Source of the DNA: Piromyces finnis finn
Lineage: Eukaryota; Fungi; Neocallimastigomycota
DNA length: 64,000 nucleotides
Direction of reading: 5' to 3'
Assembly: GCA_002104945.1 (NCBI GenBank)
Contig: MCFH01000039.1
Coordinates: 1-64,000, forward strand
The translations under genes were made by a program, and so were the position numbers. Under the pieces are notes generated by a model. That model was not told the DNA's origin. It did not search any database and was given only the letters and a program-made list of their open reading frames with translations. Positions 26,140-47,453 of this stretch are shown here, one piece after another (position 1 is the first letter of the stretch; every line of letters begins with the position of its first letter).

Positions 26140-27609
26140 ATTTCATAATACTAAAAATATCCATTTATCATAAAAATCATAGTCATTAATAATTACATAT
26201 CGAAATTATCCAATGTTATTATAAATTACGAAAAAATTATTCTTGTTTTTATTGTAAGAAATGAAAAAAGTAAATATAAAAGTATATATAGGTAAAAACG
26301 TTTTTTAACGCAAAATAAATATATATATTTTAATAATACATTCTAAAAGATAATTAATAAATATGAGATATATTGTTTAATATTGAATATTAAAAATATA
26401 TTTCAAAAAAATTTATATATATATATATAAAAAGAAAATAATAATATAAAAAATATTTTTATAAAAAATATTTTTTTGATATAAAATATACATTATAAAA
26501 TTTAAAAAAAAATATATATAAATAAAAAAAAAGTAAAAATATAATTGTAGATTAGTTACGGGAGTATAATAGTTTATGGGTAAAAAAAAAAAAAAAAAAA
26601 AAAAAAACATTGTTTTTTAAAAAGATAATAATTTATAAGATTTTATTAAAAAGATGGTATTTATTTTTAAGGTATAATTTGTATTTTTTTTGAAATGGTT
26701 ATCATTACCACTACAATTATTATCATTATTTTTTTTTGGTAGTGGTGTAGAAATTTAGTTATTAAAAGGTAAAAGTACGTAGTTGGGTGGTGGTATAAGG
26801 TTGTCATAATAACTTTAAAAATTTAAAACTATTCTACTTTTGTTCCCTGCTAAGTAGGATAAAATAAAGCGTCCAAATACATCTCGAGAATATACACCTT
26901 ACCTAACCAAATGATTTTTTTTTTTTTTTTATTTAATAGATTCCACCCAAAGTAAAGAATTCATCAAACCATGATACAATAATTTTTAATTTTTTCTTTT
27001 TTTTTTACATTCCATTTTATTACAGGTTTACTGACATGAAATTATCTATATTTATTATGGATGTATCGGCCTATCCTTGATTATTTATTAAAATTATCCT
27101 AACCCTATGTTGGATTTATTATTTAAAAAGATTAGAATTACCACCATAAATTAATGGTATTTTAGTACTATAAAGTATTGTTTTTATTTTTTTAAAAAAA
27201 AACTTTATCAATAGATAAAATAAGAAAAAAAAATATCAAAAGGAAAAGGATTAACTTTTATACTCTATTTTTTTTAAAAAAAAAAAAACTTTAAATTAGT
27301 TGGTATAATAAATAAAAAAAAGGTTAAAAGTCCATTGAGAATTTTTTAAATCAAAAGAAAGTTAAAGGATAACAGTTTTAAAGTATTAAAAATTGGTTAA
27401 ATGCCAAATGTTTTAATAAACCTTTTTTTTAAAAAAAAAATTAAAAAATATGGCATGACTCCCTTTAATAAAAAAAAGATGTTTTCTTAATCCATAAAAA
27501 AAATAAAGACAGATTAATACCTAAATAATATTTATAATTATTATTCTTATTTTAATTACTATTATAATAAAACTCTTTTTATATTATTATTATTTACTAT
27601 TAATATTAG

Positions 27610-27669
<60 letters not shown>

Positions 27670-27798
27670 GTAATAGTTAGAATAACAATAATAATAATAA
27701 TAATAATAAACATAATAATAATAATAATAAACATAATAATAATAAACATAATAATAATAAACATAATAATAATAATAAACATAATAATAATAATAAAC

Positions 27799-27837
<39 letters not shown>

Positions 27838-27889
27838 GTATATAATAATAATAATAACAATAATAATAATAATAATAATAATAATAAAC

Positions 27890-27964
<75 letters not shown>

Positions 27965-27984
27965 GTATATAATAATAATAATAA

Positions 27985-28080
<96 letters not shown>

Positions 28081-28114
28081 CATAATAATAATAAACATAA
28101 TAATAATAATAAAC

Positions 28115-28185
<71 letters not shown>

Positions 28186-28202
28186 TAGAATAATAATAAT
28201 TA

Positions 28203-28239
<37 letters not shown>

Positions 28240-28335
28240 TAGAATAATAATAATCTATAATAATAATAATTAGAGTAATAATGTAATAATAATAATAATA
28301 ATAATTAGAATAATAATAATAATTAGAATAATAAT
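27610..28335. repeat. Long compound (AAT)n microsatellite with AAACAT and TTAGAAT interruptions
   Basis: About 700 bp of AAT runs with recurrent aaacat and ttagaat units. Confidence 0.92.
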
Positions 28336-29488
28336 TTAATATTATTTATTATTTATTTTTACTATTATTCTATATTATTTACTATAAAACTTTTATTATT
28401 TATTCTTTATTAAACCTTTTTTAATACATAAAATTCAATTGAAGTGTTTGTATTTGATTGGTGGATTATGTTTTACAAATACAATATTTTAATTAAAATA
28501 TATACAATTTTTGGATTCATTTTTTATTAAAAATATAAAATATAAATGTATAAATATCTATGCAAATAAATAAAAGAATAATTAAAATAAATAAATGAAA
28601 TAAATAAATTACACCATTTGATTTATTAAATTTAAAAAAGTGTAAAATTGACATTACACAAAAAATAAAAGGTCGTGGGATCATTACAATGGTGGTGATG
28701 GTAAGGTAGTAAAATGTAAATGAAGGATTGAAAAAATAAAAGTGTTAATACTACAAGAAAAAAAAGGAATGGAAAGGTTTATTTTTTGTTTTTTACTTTC
28801 AATGGCAATGGGATAAATGACTTTTTTTTTTTTTTAAATAATTATCTTTCTATATACTTGAGAAATATAAACTTTTATATTCAATGCTGTTGTTGTTTGT
28901 TGTCCGTCCATCCATAGTTTAATAGATCCTAATATTAAATTAGTATGATCTCTTTTTTTTAATTATAAATTGGTTTAATAGTATATTGATACATCATTAA
29001 CAACAACAACATCATCATCTTCATCATTTTAACTAATAATAGTAACAGACATCAGCATCATCATGTCATTTATTGATGAACAAGCGATGTCGTTAAATTT
29101 TATAAAAAAGCTCCATCCGTTTTTTTAAAGAATTAAATTTAATATATCAAAGAATATATGTATAATATATTTATAATATATATTTAATTTGGTAATTAAT
29201 TGGGAAATATAAATAAATAAAGAATTATTTAAAAGTTTGATTTTTTTATTTTTATTTTTTCTACTCTATTCTTTTTCTATTTTCTTTTCTTTTTTTTTTT
29301 CTTTTATAAAATAAAAAAAATACTTATACTAGATATATAAAATAATCTCCATCTTTAAATTAAAGTAAATATTAAACTATTCTTATTATCTTTTTATTAT
29401 GTTGTTTGCTTAGTAATAATTAAGAAATACTATTAATAATAAACACAATATATAAATATGCTGATGGTTCATTGAATAATAATAATAT

Positions 29489-29528
<40 letters not shown>

Positions 29529-29810
29529 TATATCAAAATCAAATAACTAAAATGTTAATGTAAACTAACTTTTTTTTTTTTTCTTCTTTTTTTCTATCCT
29601 TATACCATATTTATTAATATTTATATTTTTTTTTATAGGAATAATATTTTATATTTTTAGAGATTAAAAAAAAAATAAAAAAATAACATAAAACAAAAAA
29701 TATAAAGTTAAAAAAAAAAATAAAGCATAAAATAGACTTTTCAAGTAAAAATAAACGAAAAAAAAAAAAACAAAGAAAAGTAATACAATTAAATAAAATT
29801 TCAATTTAAA

Positions 29811-33766
<3,956 letters not shown>

Positions 33767-34925
33767 GGGAATATATTATAGAAAATTAAAATATAATCAA
33801 CTTATTATTAACCATAATTATTAAAAAAAACAAATAATACACAACACACAACAAAGCAAAAACAAATTAATCAATCTGCAACTTTTAAATGTATTTATAA
33901 ATTCAAATTTTCATAAATATAATTAACACACCGTATAAAAAAAAATTTTTTTTTTTATAGTATATAGTAAATATTTTTTTTTATATATTATAATCTATTT
34001 ACAATTATTTTTCTCAAAAGCGAAAATACCTATAATAATTGAAAAAAAAAAAAAAAAAATAAAAAAAAAGTTTTTATTTTAATATATATATATTTTTTTT
34101 TTCATTATTTTTTATATAAACATTAAATAATAAAATAAGAAAATGAAATTTTAAAAATTATAAAAACAAGCAAATAATATATATAATAAAAAAAAAAAAA
34201 ATAAAAAATAAAAAAATATTTAAAATATAAATAACCACCACTTTTATTTTGTAGTATAGGTGTTTGTTATTCATATGTTTATTCATTTATAGTATATATA
34301 ATTTAATTTTTTTTTTAATTTTTATATAGATATTCTTTTTTGATAATTTTATTGGAATTTTACTATTAAAGTATTAAAAATGTAAATTATCTATTTATAC
34401 TTTTCTTTATATACCATATACTGTATAATGTATGTTATTATTATTTAAATTTATATAAATTAAAACTTTGTATTATAATTAATTTCTTATTAAAAGTTAA
34501 AAAAGTGTGCCAATTCACTTTATAATTATTATCTTAGCAATATATTTAATTTTATATGATTTGCTTGGAACGGGATAGGATCGATATCATTATAGAATAA
34601 ACTTTGAATTTAATTAGAAGGATGAGATTTTTTTTTTATTTTATTTCATTTTTTTTAATAATAAGATTTTAATAATTTGCTGTTAAATAAACTTTATTAT
34701 TGTAATATCACAAAAAAAAAAAAGTTTTTTTTGAGATGTATTATAATGATAATAATAATAAAAATTATAATATTATCAACCTTTTTTTTTTTTTTTTTGT
34801 CGTTATTATATTATAGCATAGAAATATTAGAAAAAAATTCAGTTGGAAATATATAAAAAAATAAAAATAAAAATAAAAATAAAAAAAAAAAAATATATAT
34901 ATAATTATAGTATTACTATTCAAAA

Positions 34926-36281
34926 ATGAAATTAAAGTATTTATTATCAACGCTATTCATCCTACAATCATGTAGGGGTTATGGAGGATTAAGAGATTAT
35001 CTTGGAAGCAGTGCTTTTAAAATAGGAGCAGCTGTAAATTCAATATATTTTACAAATGAAAAATATGTCAATACAACCACTACTAATTTTAATATGATTG
35101 TTGCAGAGAATGCTTGTAAATTTTCGGGAATTCAATATACCCAGGGTGTATATAATTTTAATGATTGTGATAAGCATTTAGAATTTGCTGAAAAGAATAA
35201 TATGGAATTACGTGGTCATTGTTTGATATGGCATGCCTATCCACCCTCTTGGTTTGAGAAAATCACAACAGATACAGTAATGAATAAAACAATTGTAAAT
35301 CATATCACTAAAGTTTTAACCCATTATCAAGGGAAAATAAAAATATGGGATGTTGTTAATGAAGCCATTGATGATGGAACTCCAAGTGATGAATTTAAAT
35401 TTAGAAAATCTTTTCTTTATAATGCTTTACCAAATTTCGTAGATATTGCTTTTCAAACGGCACGCGAGGTTGATCCCAGCGTAAAATTATTTTATAATGA
35501 TTATAATATTGAAGGTGGATTAAGTAAATCAGAGGCAACTTATCTTTTTGTAAAAGATTTGGTAAAAAGAGGAATTCCTATTGATGGAGTGGGCTTTCAA
35601 TACCATGTTTCCATAAAATTTCAACCCTCCTTGGAAACGGTGAAAGAAACTATAGAAAAGTATTGTCAATTAGGATTGGAGGTTCATATCACTGAAATGG
35701 ATGTTAAATGTGAAGCCAATTGTGATTCAAGTAACGTTGATCAACTTCAAAGTAATGTCTATTCAAATGCATTGAATGCTTGCTTAAGTAGTTCTTGTTG
35801 TACAGCATTTTTAGTATGGGGTATTAATGATTCTAATACTTGGATCAGTCCGGAACAAAAACCTTTATTATTTGACACCTCGTATAACCCAAAACCTCAA
35901 TATACCGCTTTACTTAATATTTTAAAGAAAAATTTTGGTGAAACGGTATACGCTTACACTACCTTAACCAAAACTGAAACAGCTACAACTTACATTACAA
36001 GAAATAAAACAAAAACTTTTGTTACCACTGAAACTGTTTTTACTTCTACCGATACGGTGGCAACAACCGTCTTTACAGATTATACCACAACAACCATTCT
36101 TACAGATGTAGTAACCTCAACCCAATGGATTATCATGACTAATACTCCTGATTGTTCCTCCTCAAACATATCTATTAATGAAACAAATGATTCTACATCA
36201 TTTATCTTTCATCAACATTTAGGATCATTTTTATTTGTTTTTATTAGTATACTATTCGCTTATTATCATTTATTAATTTAA
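34926..36281 (+). CDS. GH10 endo-1,4-beta-xylanase with Thr-rich stalk and hydrophobic C-terminal (GPI/TM) tail
   Basis: Intronless, 451 aa, with a signal peptide. GH10 motifs AENACK, RGHCLIWH, WDVVNE (acid/base Glu), FYNDYNIE, GFQYH and HITEMDV (nucleophile Glu). No dockerin. Confidence 0.93.
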   Translation: MKLKYLLSTLFILQSCRGYGGLRDYLGSSAFKIGAAVNSIYFTNEKYVNTTTTNFNMIVAENACKFSGIQYTQGVYNFNDCDKHLEFAEKNNMELRGHCLIWHAYPPSWFEKITTDTVMNKTIVNHITKVLTHYQGKIKIWDVVNEAIDDGTPSDEFKFRKSFLYNALPNFVDIAFQTAREVDPSVKLFYNDYNIEGGLSKSEATYLFVKDLVKRGIPIDGVGFQYHVSIKFQPSLETVKETIEKYCQLGLEVHITEMDVKCEANCDSSNVDQLQSNVYSNALNACLSSSCCTAFLVWGINDSNTWISPEQKPLLFDTSYNPKPQYTALLNILKKNFGETVYAYTTLTKTETATTYITRNKTKTFVTTETVFTSTDTVATTVFTDYTTTTILTDVVTSTQWIIMTNTPDCSSSNISINETNDSTSFIFHQHLGSFLFVFISILFAYYHLLI

Positions 36282-36324
<43 letters not shown>

Positions 36325-36510
36325 GAAAAAAAAAGTTATAGTTGTAATATTCTACTCATTTAAAACTTTTTTTTTTAATCTTATTTCAAGTTTGAAAAAT
36401 TTCAATAATTATTTAATTTTATAGAATTTTTTTTTTTTATATTTATTTTTTTTTTATTTTTATTTTTTTTTCATGTATAGGATACATTTGATATTTAATT
36501 ATTTGCTGGT

Positions 36511-36582
36511 TTAATTATTTAATTTTTTTTGTTTGAAAAACTAGATCATAATTCATAATTTATCAAAATAGTAAAAAAATAA

Positions 36583-36615
<33 letters not shown>

Positions 36616-37075
36616 TATTGTTAGTAAAATTAATTAAAAAAAAAAAAGTTTATTTTAATTATTATTAACATTTACTTTTGCCATTTTTCCAATAAAAAGA
36701 CCATAGGATTGAGGAGTTTGAATATCCTTGGACATCCATTTTGGTAATTTATTTTTTATACGGGGTTGAGATATTCTTTTATCTAATAATAATACACAAG
36801 CATAATCATTTTTATGTCGAATGGCTCTTCCTATACACAAAAACACACATACATTTAATATATATTTTTTTAAATAGTTTATCATCGTGTATAAAATAAC
36901 CAATGAAAATTAATGAAGAAGGAACAAGTCAATATACATATATATTTATAATAGGTATAAAATAATAATGAAAATTAGGGAGATGTAGTATTTATTTACC
37001 AATGGATTGATTAACTGCTCTCATACATAAATTTTCATAGTATTCATTTCCAGTTGTTGAATTTTTTATAATCTT

Positions 37076-37111
<36 letters not shown>

Positions 37112-38317
37112 TAATTGTTATATGATGAATACAATAAAAATTAATTATATATATAATGTATACTTTAGATTGATTATCTAGATATTTCATTTTTTCTTTC
37201 AATTCATAGGATTCTTTATTTGCAAAAGGAAGACCTATGACAATAACTCCTCTAAAATCAATTTTAATTATGAATTATTAGTAAGGGTATTAAATAGGAT
37301 AATTTATTAAAGTTTAATTACCTTCCAAGTTTATCACTAAAATTTATTCCTTCACTCATTTTCCCTCCAACAACACATAATAACAATGCTCCTTTACCAT
37401 TACTATTATTTATTTCTTGACTATATTCAGTTAATGTTTTTTCTACCAGTTTTGAATTCCTTGGTTCTTTGAATATCTTTTTTTTTTTTTATAAAGTTTA
37501 ATTTATATATTGAGTTAAAAAAAAAAAAAAAAAAGGAAAAAATAAAAAATAGAATAATATTATATTTAATTTTTTATAATTACTCTTTTTTTATTTTCAA
37601 TTTGTCGGATATAACCATGATTATTCAAAAATTCCCAAACCTCATTTAAATAATGATAAGAAGGAAAGAATAGAACAACACCATCTGGTATCACATTAAC
37701 AACATTTATTATTAATTGTCCTAATTCTTTTAACTACAAATAAAAATTATTTCATTTTTAATTAGTTTAAAAAAAATATAAATTTTTATATATATTAAAA
37801 AAAAAAAAAAAAATAATTCTACCATTTTTGGATTATTTCTATTTTCATAATTAAAAAGAAATGGTGAACCTAATGGTCCTTTTTCTATTACCATGGTTAG
37901 AAGTGAGGATGAATCAATGACATGGTCATAAGAATAATGTGCAATTTCTTTTTCTTTATTTAAATACGGGAAAAGTTGTTCAATAAAATCTGATATCTAT
38001 ATTATTAGATTATATTATTGATTAAAGAAAAAAAAAAAAAATTTTTTTCCAAAGGTATAGGAAAAATTAATTGTTAAAAAAAAAATTTTTTTTTTATTGA
38101 ATAATATATATTATATATTTCAATTATTAATTACTGGTTCTAAGGTTCCACCTGCTAGAACAACAGTTCTTGCTTCATCTACAATACTTTTAAATGAATT
38201 TGATGGATTTAATAGCAAGTATTTGAAAACTACTGCTTTATTTTCTTTTTATTTTTTGCAATATTTAATTATTATTATTATGTTTATTACAAATAATATT
38301 TATATTGAAAAGTAAAG

Positions 38318-38355
<38 letters not shown>

Positions 38356-39096
38356 ACCTTCATACACTAATATTCTTCCATCTTTATCTTGATTACTAAG
38401 AGTAAATATAAAATTTTCCACAACCATTAATGGGGATACATGTCTTGAAAATCCTTCATTTTCATCTATTTTTTTTTTTTTTTATTTTATAAATTATATT
38501 TAATCATGATTTTTTTTTTTTTTTGAATTATTAATTCTTTATTCATTGGATTATATACCATCTTCTTCTTGAATAATTTTATTAATATATTTTTTAGTAA
38601 ATCCTAAAAGCTTATTTAATAAAATTTTTATTTATAATAATAATTTTGTTAGAAAAGTACACTTTTAAATATTGTATTTATAAATAACAAATAACTCTTT
38701 ATATTATTCATTTATTATAATTACCTTTTGTGGTAATCTACTTGTTTCTAGATATTTTTTAACTTTTAATAAATTAATATGATCTATATTTAACTTTATT
38801 AAGAATTCATTAATGGTTGATAAATAGGATTTTTTGTCTAAAATATTTTATTATATATATGTTACATAAAGAATTAATAATATTATTAATATTTTAGTTT
38901 AAAATAGTTTTTAAGAAAAAGTTTTCCTACTTTTATATTCTTTTTTAAAATCCGTATAATAGTTTTTTAAGGCTTTAAGTATAACGATGATTTGCTGAAT
39001 ATACATAATATTTTTTCCTTTTAACCTTTTTTCATATTTTCCCAAGTATTCATTGATGTCAGATATTGTTCTATCAATCTTTTATAAAATGAAAAT

Positions 39097-39160
<64 letters not shown>

Positions 39161-40844
39161 TGAAATGATAGAATGATATAAATTTTATGTAAACATTTAA
39201 TTTTTTTCTTTAATATGTATGTATACCATACCATATCAGAGTCTAACATAAAACTATAAGTGTTGGTTATGGTATCAATTATATTGTGGGCCTAACAATA
39301 AAAATTTAAATTAATTTATAAAATCATTAAACATAAATAAACAAATAAACAAATAAAAATTAACTAAAACATTTATATATTACTTCATCAAATATTATTA
39401 TGCTATCTTTTAAATCTAATCCCAAGGCTTCTCTTGATGACTTTTGTATAAGTAAATTGTATGGTAAAGTGATTATCTTATATATATATATATAGGTATT
39501 TATATGAAAAATTGTAAAGTCATTAGAATTTCCCTTTTTTTTTTTTTTTTAAACATTTCTAATAATTATCTTTTCTTTTCTTTTTTTTTTTTGTTTAACT
39601 TTAGTATAATACCTGTGCCATTTTTGATGCACTTCTTGAGCCATAATAAGGACAATTTTCATGTCTTATACCAAGACTTGCTAATTCTTCAATATCATAT
39701 ATATCAGACTTTTAAATATAAAAATTATTTAGTTTTACCTCTTATTAAAAAAAAAAAACAATTATTTGAAAATACTAATATCAATATCGATATCAATAGT
39801 AATAATAATAATAATGATATATATATATATCAATGATAGTTACTAATATAACATCTTTAAATTCTTCATTTTCATTACATAAATAGTGACATTTTGTCTT
39901 TTTTCCTTCATTCATATCTAAACATTTGTCATTCATTCTATTTAACGAGGTTAAATTACGAACTTTTGGATTTACACAAAGATTCTTTCTGGAACCAAGG
40001 GATACACATTTCATTGTCTTTCCTAATTCCGATCTTTTTAATTCAAATGTAAATTGACTAATTTGGGAATGTGTTCTTGATGAATAATAAACCTTTACAA
40101 ATATTGTAATACCAATACCAATACCAATAATACCAATAATAATAATAATAATAATACTTTTATATAAATAATATATTATAATAATTATATAAAAGAAAAA
40201 AAAGATTTACATTTATTCAATTACTTTTTGTTCTTGAAATTCCTTAAGATCTTCTTCATCTTCTTCCTCTTTTTCACTTTTAAATATATACATATTTTTT
40301 TTTTTTTTAAAAAAAAAAGGTGTTACTTTTTCATATAAAATTGTTAATAAAAATAATTTATGTATGCATGTATATATTTAAAAATAGATTTACATTTTAA
40401 AAAAATTATCAAGCTCTTTTTTAATTTTACTAACAGAATTATTTAATTCTTTATCACTATCATATTCGTCTAATAAAAAACTTTCTTCAGTTGTCTCTTC
40501 TTCTTCTTTACTATCTTCTAATTTCTTTTTAATAAATTGTTATAGGATTAATTTTTTATCCTTAAACATATATCTATATCAATATCTATAATGTTAATAG
40601 GTAATAAAAATATCTTTACAATCTTCTTCTTTTTATTATTATCTTGTTCGTATATTCTTTTTCTTTTTGTTTCATTTTCCTTAATTTTTTGAAGTTTTTC
40701 TTTTTGTATAGCTTTTTGTTTTTTAATTCTTTCAAAGAAATCATTTCTTTCCTGTATTTCAAATATTCAAATATATATATATATTTTTTTTAAAAAAAAA
40801 AACATTATGCATTTGTCATTATCATCATTTTTATTCTTTTTTTT

Positions 40845-40879
<35 letters not shown>

Positions 40880-41590
40880 ATAGTTTTTTGAATTTACTTG
40901 AATTTCTTTTTTTTCAAAATGTTCCAGGGCCCATAAAGGAATTTTATTTTTTTTGTTATCTATAATATAGGTTCATAATGGTTAGCCTATTTATCAATGA
41001 TATAATGCCTATTATTTCTATTTAATAGTATTAACCTTTATTTTCATCGTCTTTAGCCAAAGAAATACTGAAATTTGTTTTTTTTGGTGGTTTTAATAAC
41101 CTTTCTTCATTGTCATTTAACCATTTTGTTACGGAACAAATTAACTTTATAAAAGTATTTAAAATTATTATTAATATATTATCTTTTTTTTTTTAAATGA
41201 ATAATTATTATTTTATAATTGTATTCCTACAGAAAGAGATTTTCCAGTTCCTGTTGGACTTTCAAGAATAACAACCTTTTTTTTATCTTCAATTGCTTTA
41301 TATCTATGAAGAAATATATTATTAAATTATTTGTAAATAATAATTATTAAAATATATATTTGAAATTTAAGAATTTCATAGATACTAAAAATATATATAT
41401 TTTAACTTTTATTATTGTTTATTTATAGTGAAGTATATATAAACATTTATTATTAAGCTTACAAGTTTGACATAAAATTTAATTGAATTGAATAAGGTTG
41501 AAATGGGAATAATTTTGTAAATTCTTCATTTGGTGGTGTATCAAGGGGTTCTAAATTTTTTTTATATTCTTCAAAATCTTGAGATTTCAT
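36511..41590 (-). CDS. CHL1: Chl1/DDX11 Fe-S (XPD-family) DNA helicase, many exons
   Basis: ATG 41590 [21 protein letters not shown]. Walker [14 protein letters not shown] (~41230-41275), Fe-S region [18 protein letters not shown] (~39850-40010), motif [17 protein letters not shown] (~36780-36835). Last exon FFKQKKLNN* ends at 36511. Not every internal exon was checked. Confidence 0.88.
39102..39155. repeat. (AAT)n microsatellite in a CHL1 intron
   Basis: Directly visible repeat. Confidence 0.85.
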
Positions 41591-41920
41591 TTTTCATAAA
41601 CTAAAACAACGACTGAATGCTATTATTATTTTTTGTTTTTCAAAGAGTGTTATATATATATATATAAAACAAAATTTAAATTTAAAAAAAGAATTTCAAA
41701 ATTTCATTTTTTAATTTTTTTTTATTTAGCATTAAATTAGTATTAAATATTCAAATTAAATTATTTATAAATAGATTTTGTTATATATTATTACATCAGT
41801 AATTTTATTGGATAATTTTCATTTTTTTTATGAATTTTTAAATTTGAATTCATAATATTTTTTTTTTTTAAACTTTAATTTTTTTTTTTACAATAGTGGA
41901 AATCTTAATATTTTTATAAA
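41591..41920. promoter_or_regulatory. Short divergent (probably bidirectional) promoter between CHL1 and RIO2
   Basis: The two start codons are head-to-head, 330 bp apart. Confidence 0.55.
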
Positions 41921-44425
<2,505 letters not shown>

Positions 44426-45436
44426 TTTTATACTATTATTTCATTTTTTTTATTTTTATTCCTATTTAATTAGTATAATTATTGATAGATTTTTTATTAT
44501 TTATTATTATTATTTTTTTGTTAAAAACAGCAACAACATCTAAATAAACGATAAATATTTTTTATTTTAAAAATGTTTTTTTTTTTCTTTTTAAAGCATA
44601 GACCTATAAACAACATTATTTGATATAAAGAAACTACACATCAAACAACAATTACCATTATAAAATAAAAATAAAATCAAAATGAAGATGATTTTAATAT
44701 AATAATAATAATAAGAAATTAGGTTGAAACATTTTTAATATAGAAATATTAAATAATGCATATTTTATTAAAATATATTAATAATATAGATTTTAATTAA
44801 TTTTAACTATTATAGTTTTAAGAAAAATTAATATAAACAGGTTAAAATGTAATTTTATAATAAATAAAGTTTATTAATAAAAAAACAACAACCGTTTTTT
44901 TCTATTAAAAAAAAAAAAAAAGAAAATTAAATTTTAATTTATTGACACCTAGGTTTGTTGATATTTTAAACTTTTTGTATAGAAAGGTGGTTAGAGTGAA
45001 CAAGAAAGAACATTTTATTTAAAAGTGTTAAAAATATATATATATATCTTTTTTTTTTTAATAACACAATAATATTAATAAAGCAAGCAAGCAAACAAAC
45101 AAAAACCTTAATCTTTATTCAACCTATTATAATATTTTAAAATAATTACAACAACTACAAATTAAAATTATATTTTATTTCAATAAATACCTTTTTTTTT
45201 TTTTTTTCGAATTTGAGTAATTTATCATATATTATTACATTTCAATAATACAATAATAGTAATAACTTATTCTTTTTTTCTTTAAAGAAAATACTTCAAG
45301 AAAATACCATAAATAATAAATATTTCAAAAAAAAAAAAAAAAGACATTTTTGATTCTATTTAAATGAACTAAAATATTATAAAGTAAAAAAAAAAAAATA
45401 ATAATTGTTGACAAGTGTATATATTATAATTTCGAT

Positions 45437-46863
45437 ATGTATTTAAACAATAACAGTACTTTTTTAAATAGTACTGAGAATGTTGAAGATCTTCATAAAA
45501 ATGAAATTGATAATGGAGATTGCAAACTATTAGATAGTTGGGCATTGATTGTACAAGCTTGTATGGGAATGATTGCTGTTAGCATATTAATAGGTAGGTC
45601 TAATAATTATATATTATTATTATTATTTTTATAAAATTTAAAATTTGAATTAGATAGTAATTTGGAAATTTAATTTTATTTTTATCAATTTAGTGAAAAG
45701 GCAGAAAGAAAATCCAAAAAGACCTTTTAAAACATGGTAAAATAAAATTTTATAGTATAAATATAAATTAAATATTTCTTACTAAAAATTATAAAATTTT
45801 TATTATATATGAATCTAATACTAATTTAATAATTAAGGGCTTTAGATACAATGAAGCAAGTAAATATTTAAATATTTGTTTAAAACTATTAATAATTTCA
45901 AATATATTACTCATTATGTTTAAAATTAATCAATTTCTTTAATTCATACTAAATAGATAACTGGTCAATTAATGATTCATTCTTTCAACATAATTTTGTC
46001 ATATATAAGAATATTTAATTCATCAGCTAAAGAATCAAACCCTTGTATATGGTATATAAATATAAATATAAATGATATTTATGTAATGTAAAATAAAATA
46101 ATTTATATTGTTATTAAAATAAACAATATATTTTTATTATTGTATACTAGGTATTTTTTAAATGTAAATAATAAAACACCTTTATATATAAATCTAATAA
46201 TATAATATTGAATTTTTTTTTTTTAAAATGAATTTCTCAATATTTAATAAATAATAATTAATAATTACAATATTGTTGTTAATATAATATAATAATAATA
46301 TTATTAAAATAATAGCTTTTCTTAGATACAACCATAGGAATTTTTATATTGAAATTCTATCTCTGTATTGTAAATAAAATCTTCATTAATGTATTAAAAA
46401 TCTCACATTGTGAATTAGGATATTATGGTGATGATCCCGAGAAACCATTGATAAGTGCATGGATAAAACAAACAATCATATTTATTATATGTCTTTGTTT
46501 AATGAAAATATCTGTTGTTGTTATTATCACTGAGTTCCCTATATTCATAATATTTGGTCATTTTGTTATTGATATGATATCAAAAAATGTAAAGGTTCAA
46601 GTTATATTTGATATGCTTATACTACCTCTAACGATGAATGCAATACAAGTAAGTACTTTAAATTATATAAAAATTTTTATGATTTCATTTTTTTTTTTTT
46701 TTAAATTGTTAATTTTTTCCTACTTTTTTTTTTTTTCTAGTTTTGGTTTATAGACAAAATCATCAAGGCTGATGAATCAACAAAGTGTCATTTTGAACTT
46801 TTGGATGGAATATCAGAATTAGATGATAATGAATTTTCTGATATAAATAGACTATTAAAATAA
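45437..46863 (+). CDS. STIMATE/YPL162C-like multi-pass membrane protein, multi-exon
   Basis: CKLLDSWALIVQACMG, KRQKENPKRPFKTW, DTMKQ, SNPCIWY, LDTTIG, GYYGDDPEKPLISAWIKQ and LPLTMNAIQ|FWFIDKII match that family. Exon boundaries are partly approximate. Confidence 0.75.
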
Positions 46864-47453
46864 CTACCATTATTATTGTATATAAATAAAAAATCACTTT
46901 TTTTTTTTTTTGATTTTTATTTATTTAATATTTTTTTTTTTTATATTATTTTACAATTTTAATTTTTTTTTTTAAAAAAAATATTCAGTTTGTTATATAA
47001 TAATGTAATATATGTTTTTTTCTTTTTAAATTCTTATTTCTTCTTATTATTTATTAATATATAAATATTTAATCTATTATTCCATCATTTTAATTCTAAT
47101 TAAAACTTTCGAAAACTAAAACTAAAGCAAAAAAAAAAAAAAAAAAAAAAAAAAATTAACAAAAAAACAATAAAATTACTTTTATGATACCAATTTAATT
47201 AAAATTAATTTTAATGATTTTATTTATTTTCATTTTCATTTTATTTTTAAAAAATAGCTGAATACTGATTTATTGTTACTATTTGATTATGGTATATTAT
47301 CAGCTTTATAATACAAATTTAAAATATATAGAAGCTACTAATAATTTTTGTTTTAGTTTTGGTGTTAAATTGAAACGAAAATTGATGTATTTATACGAAC
47401 TGACATATTTATTTATAAGTTCATTCGTCAAAAATACTGTCAAGAATTTTATT

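Noticed and set aside
22589-28116. Poly-Ile/Tyr/Phe ORFs at 22.6, 24.4 and 27.6 kb (and similar at 30.2 kb)
   Set aside because: Translations of microsatellites
28671-28690. gggatcatta resembling the 18S rRNA 3' end/ITS1 junction
   Set aside because: Only ~9 bp match, with no flanking rDNA similarity
28880-29120. Slightly GC-richer island upstream of LHS1 (possible small ORF or snoRNA)
   Set aside because: No ORF of useful length, and no convincing paired C/D or H/ACA boxes
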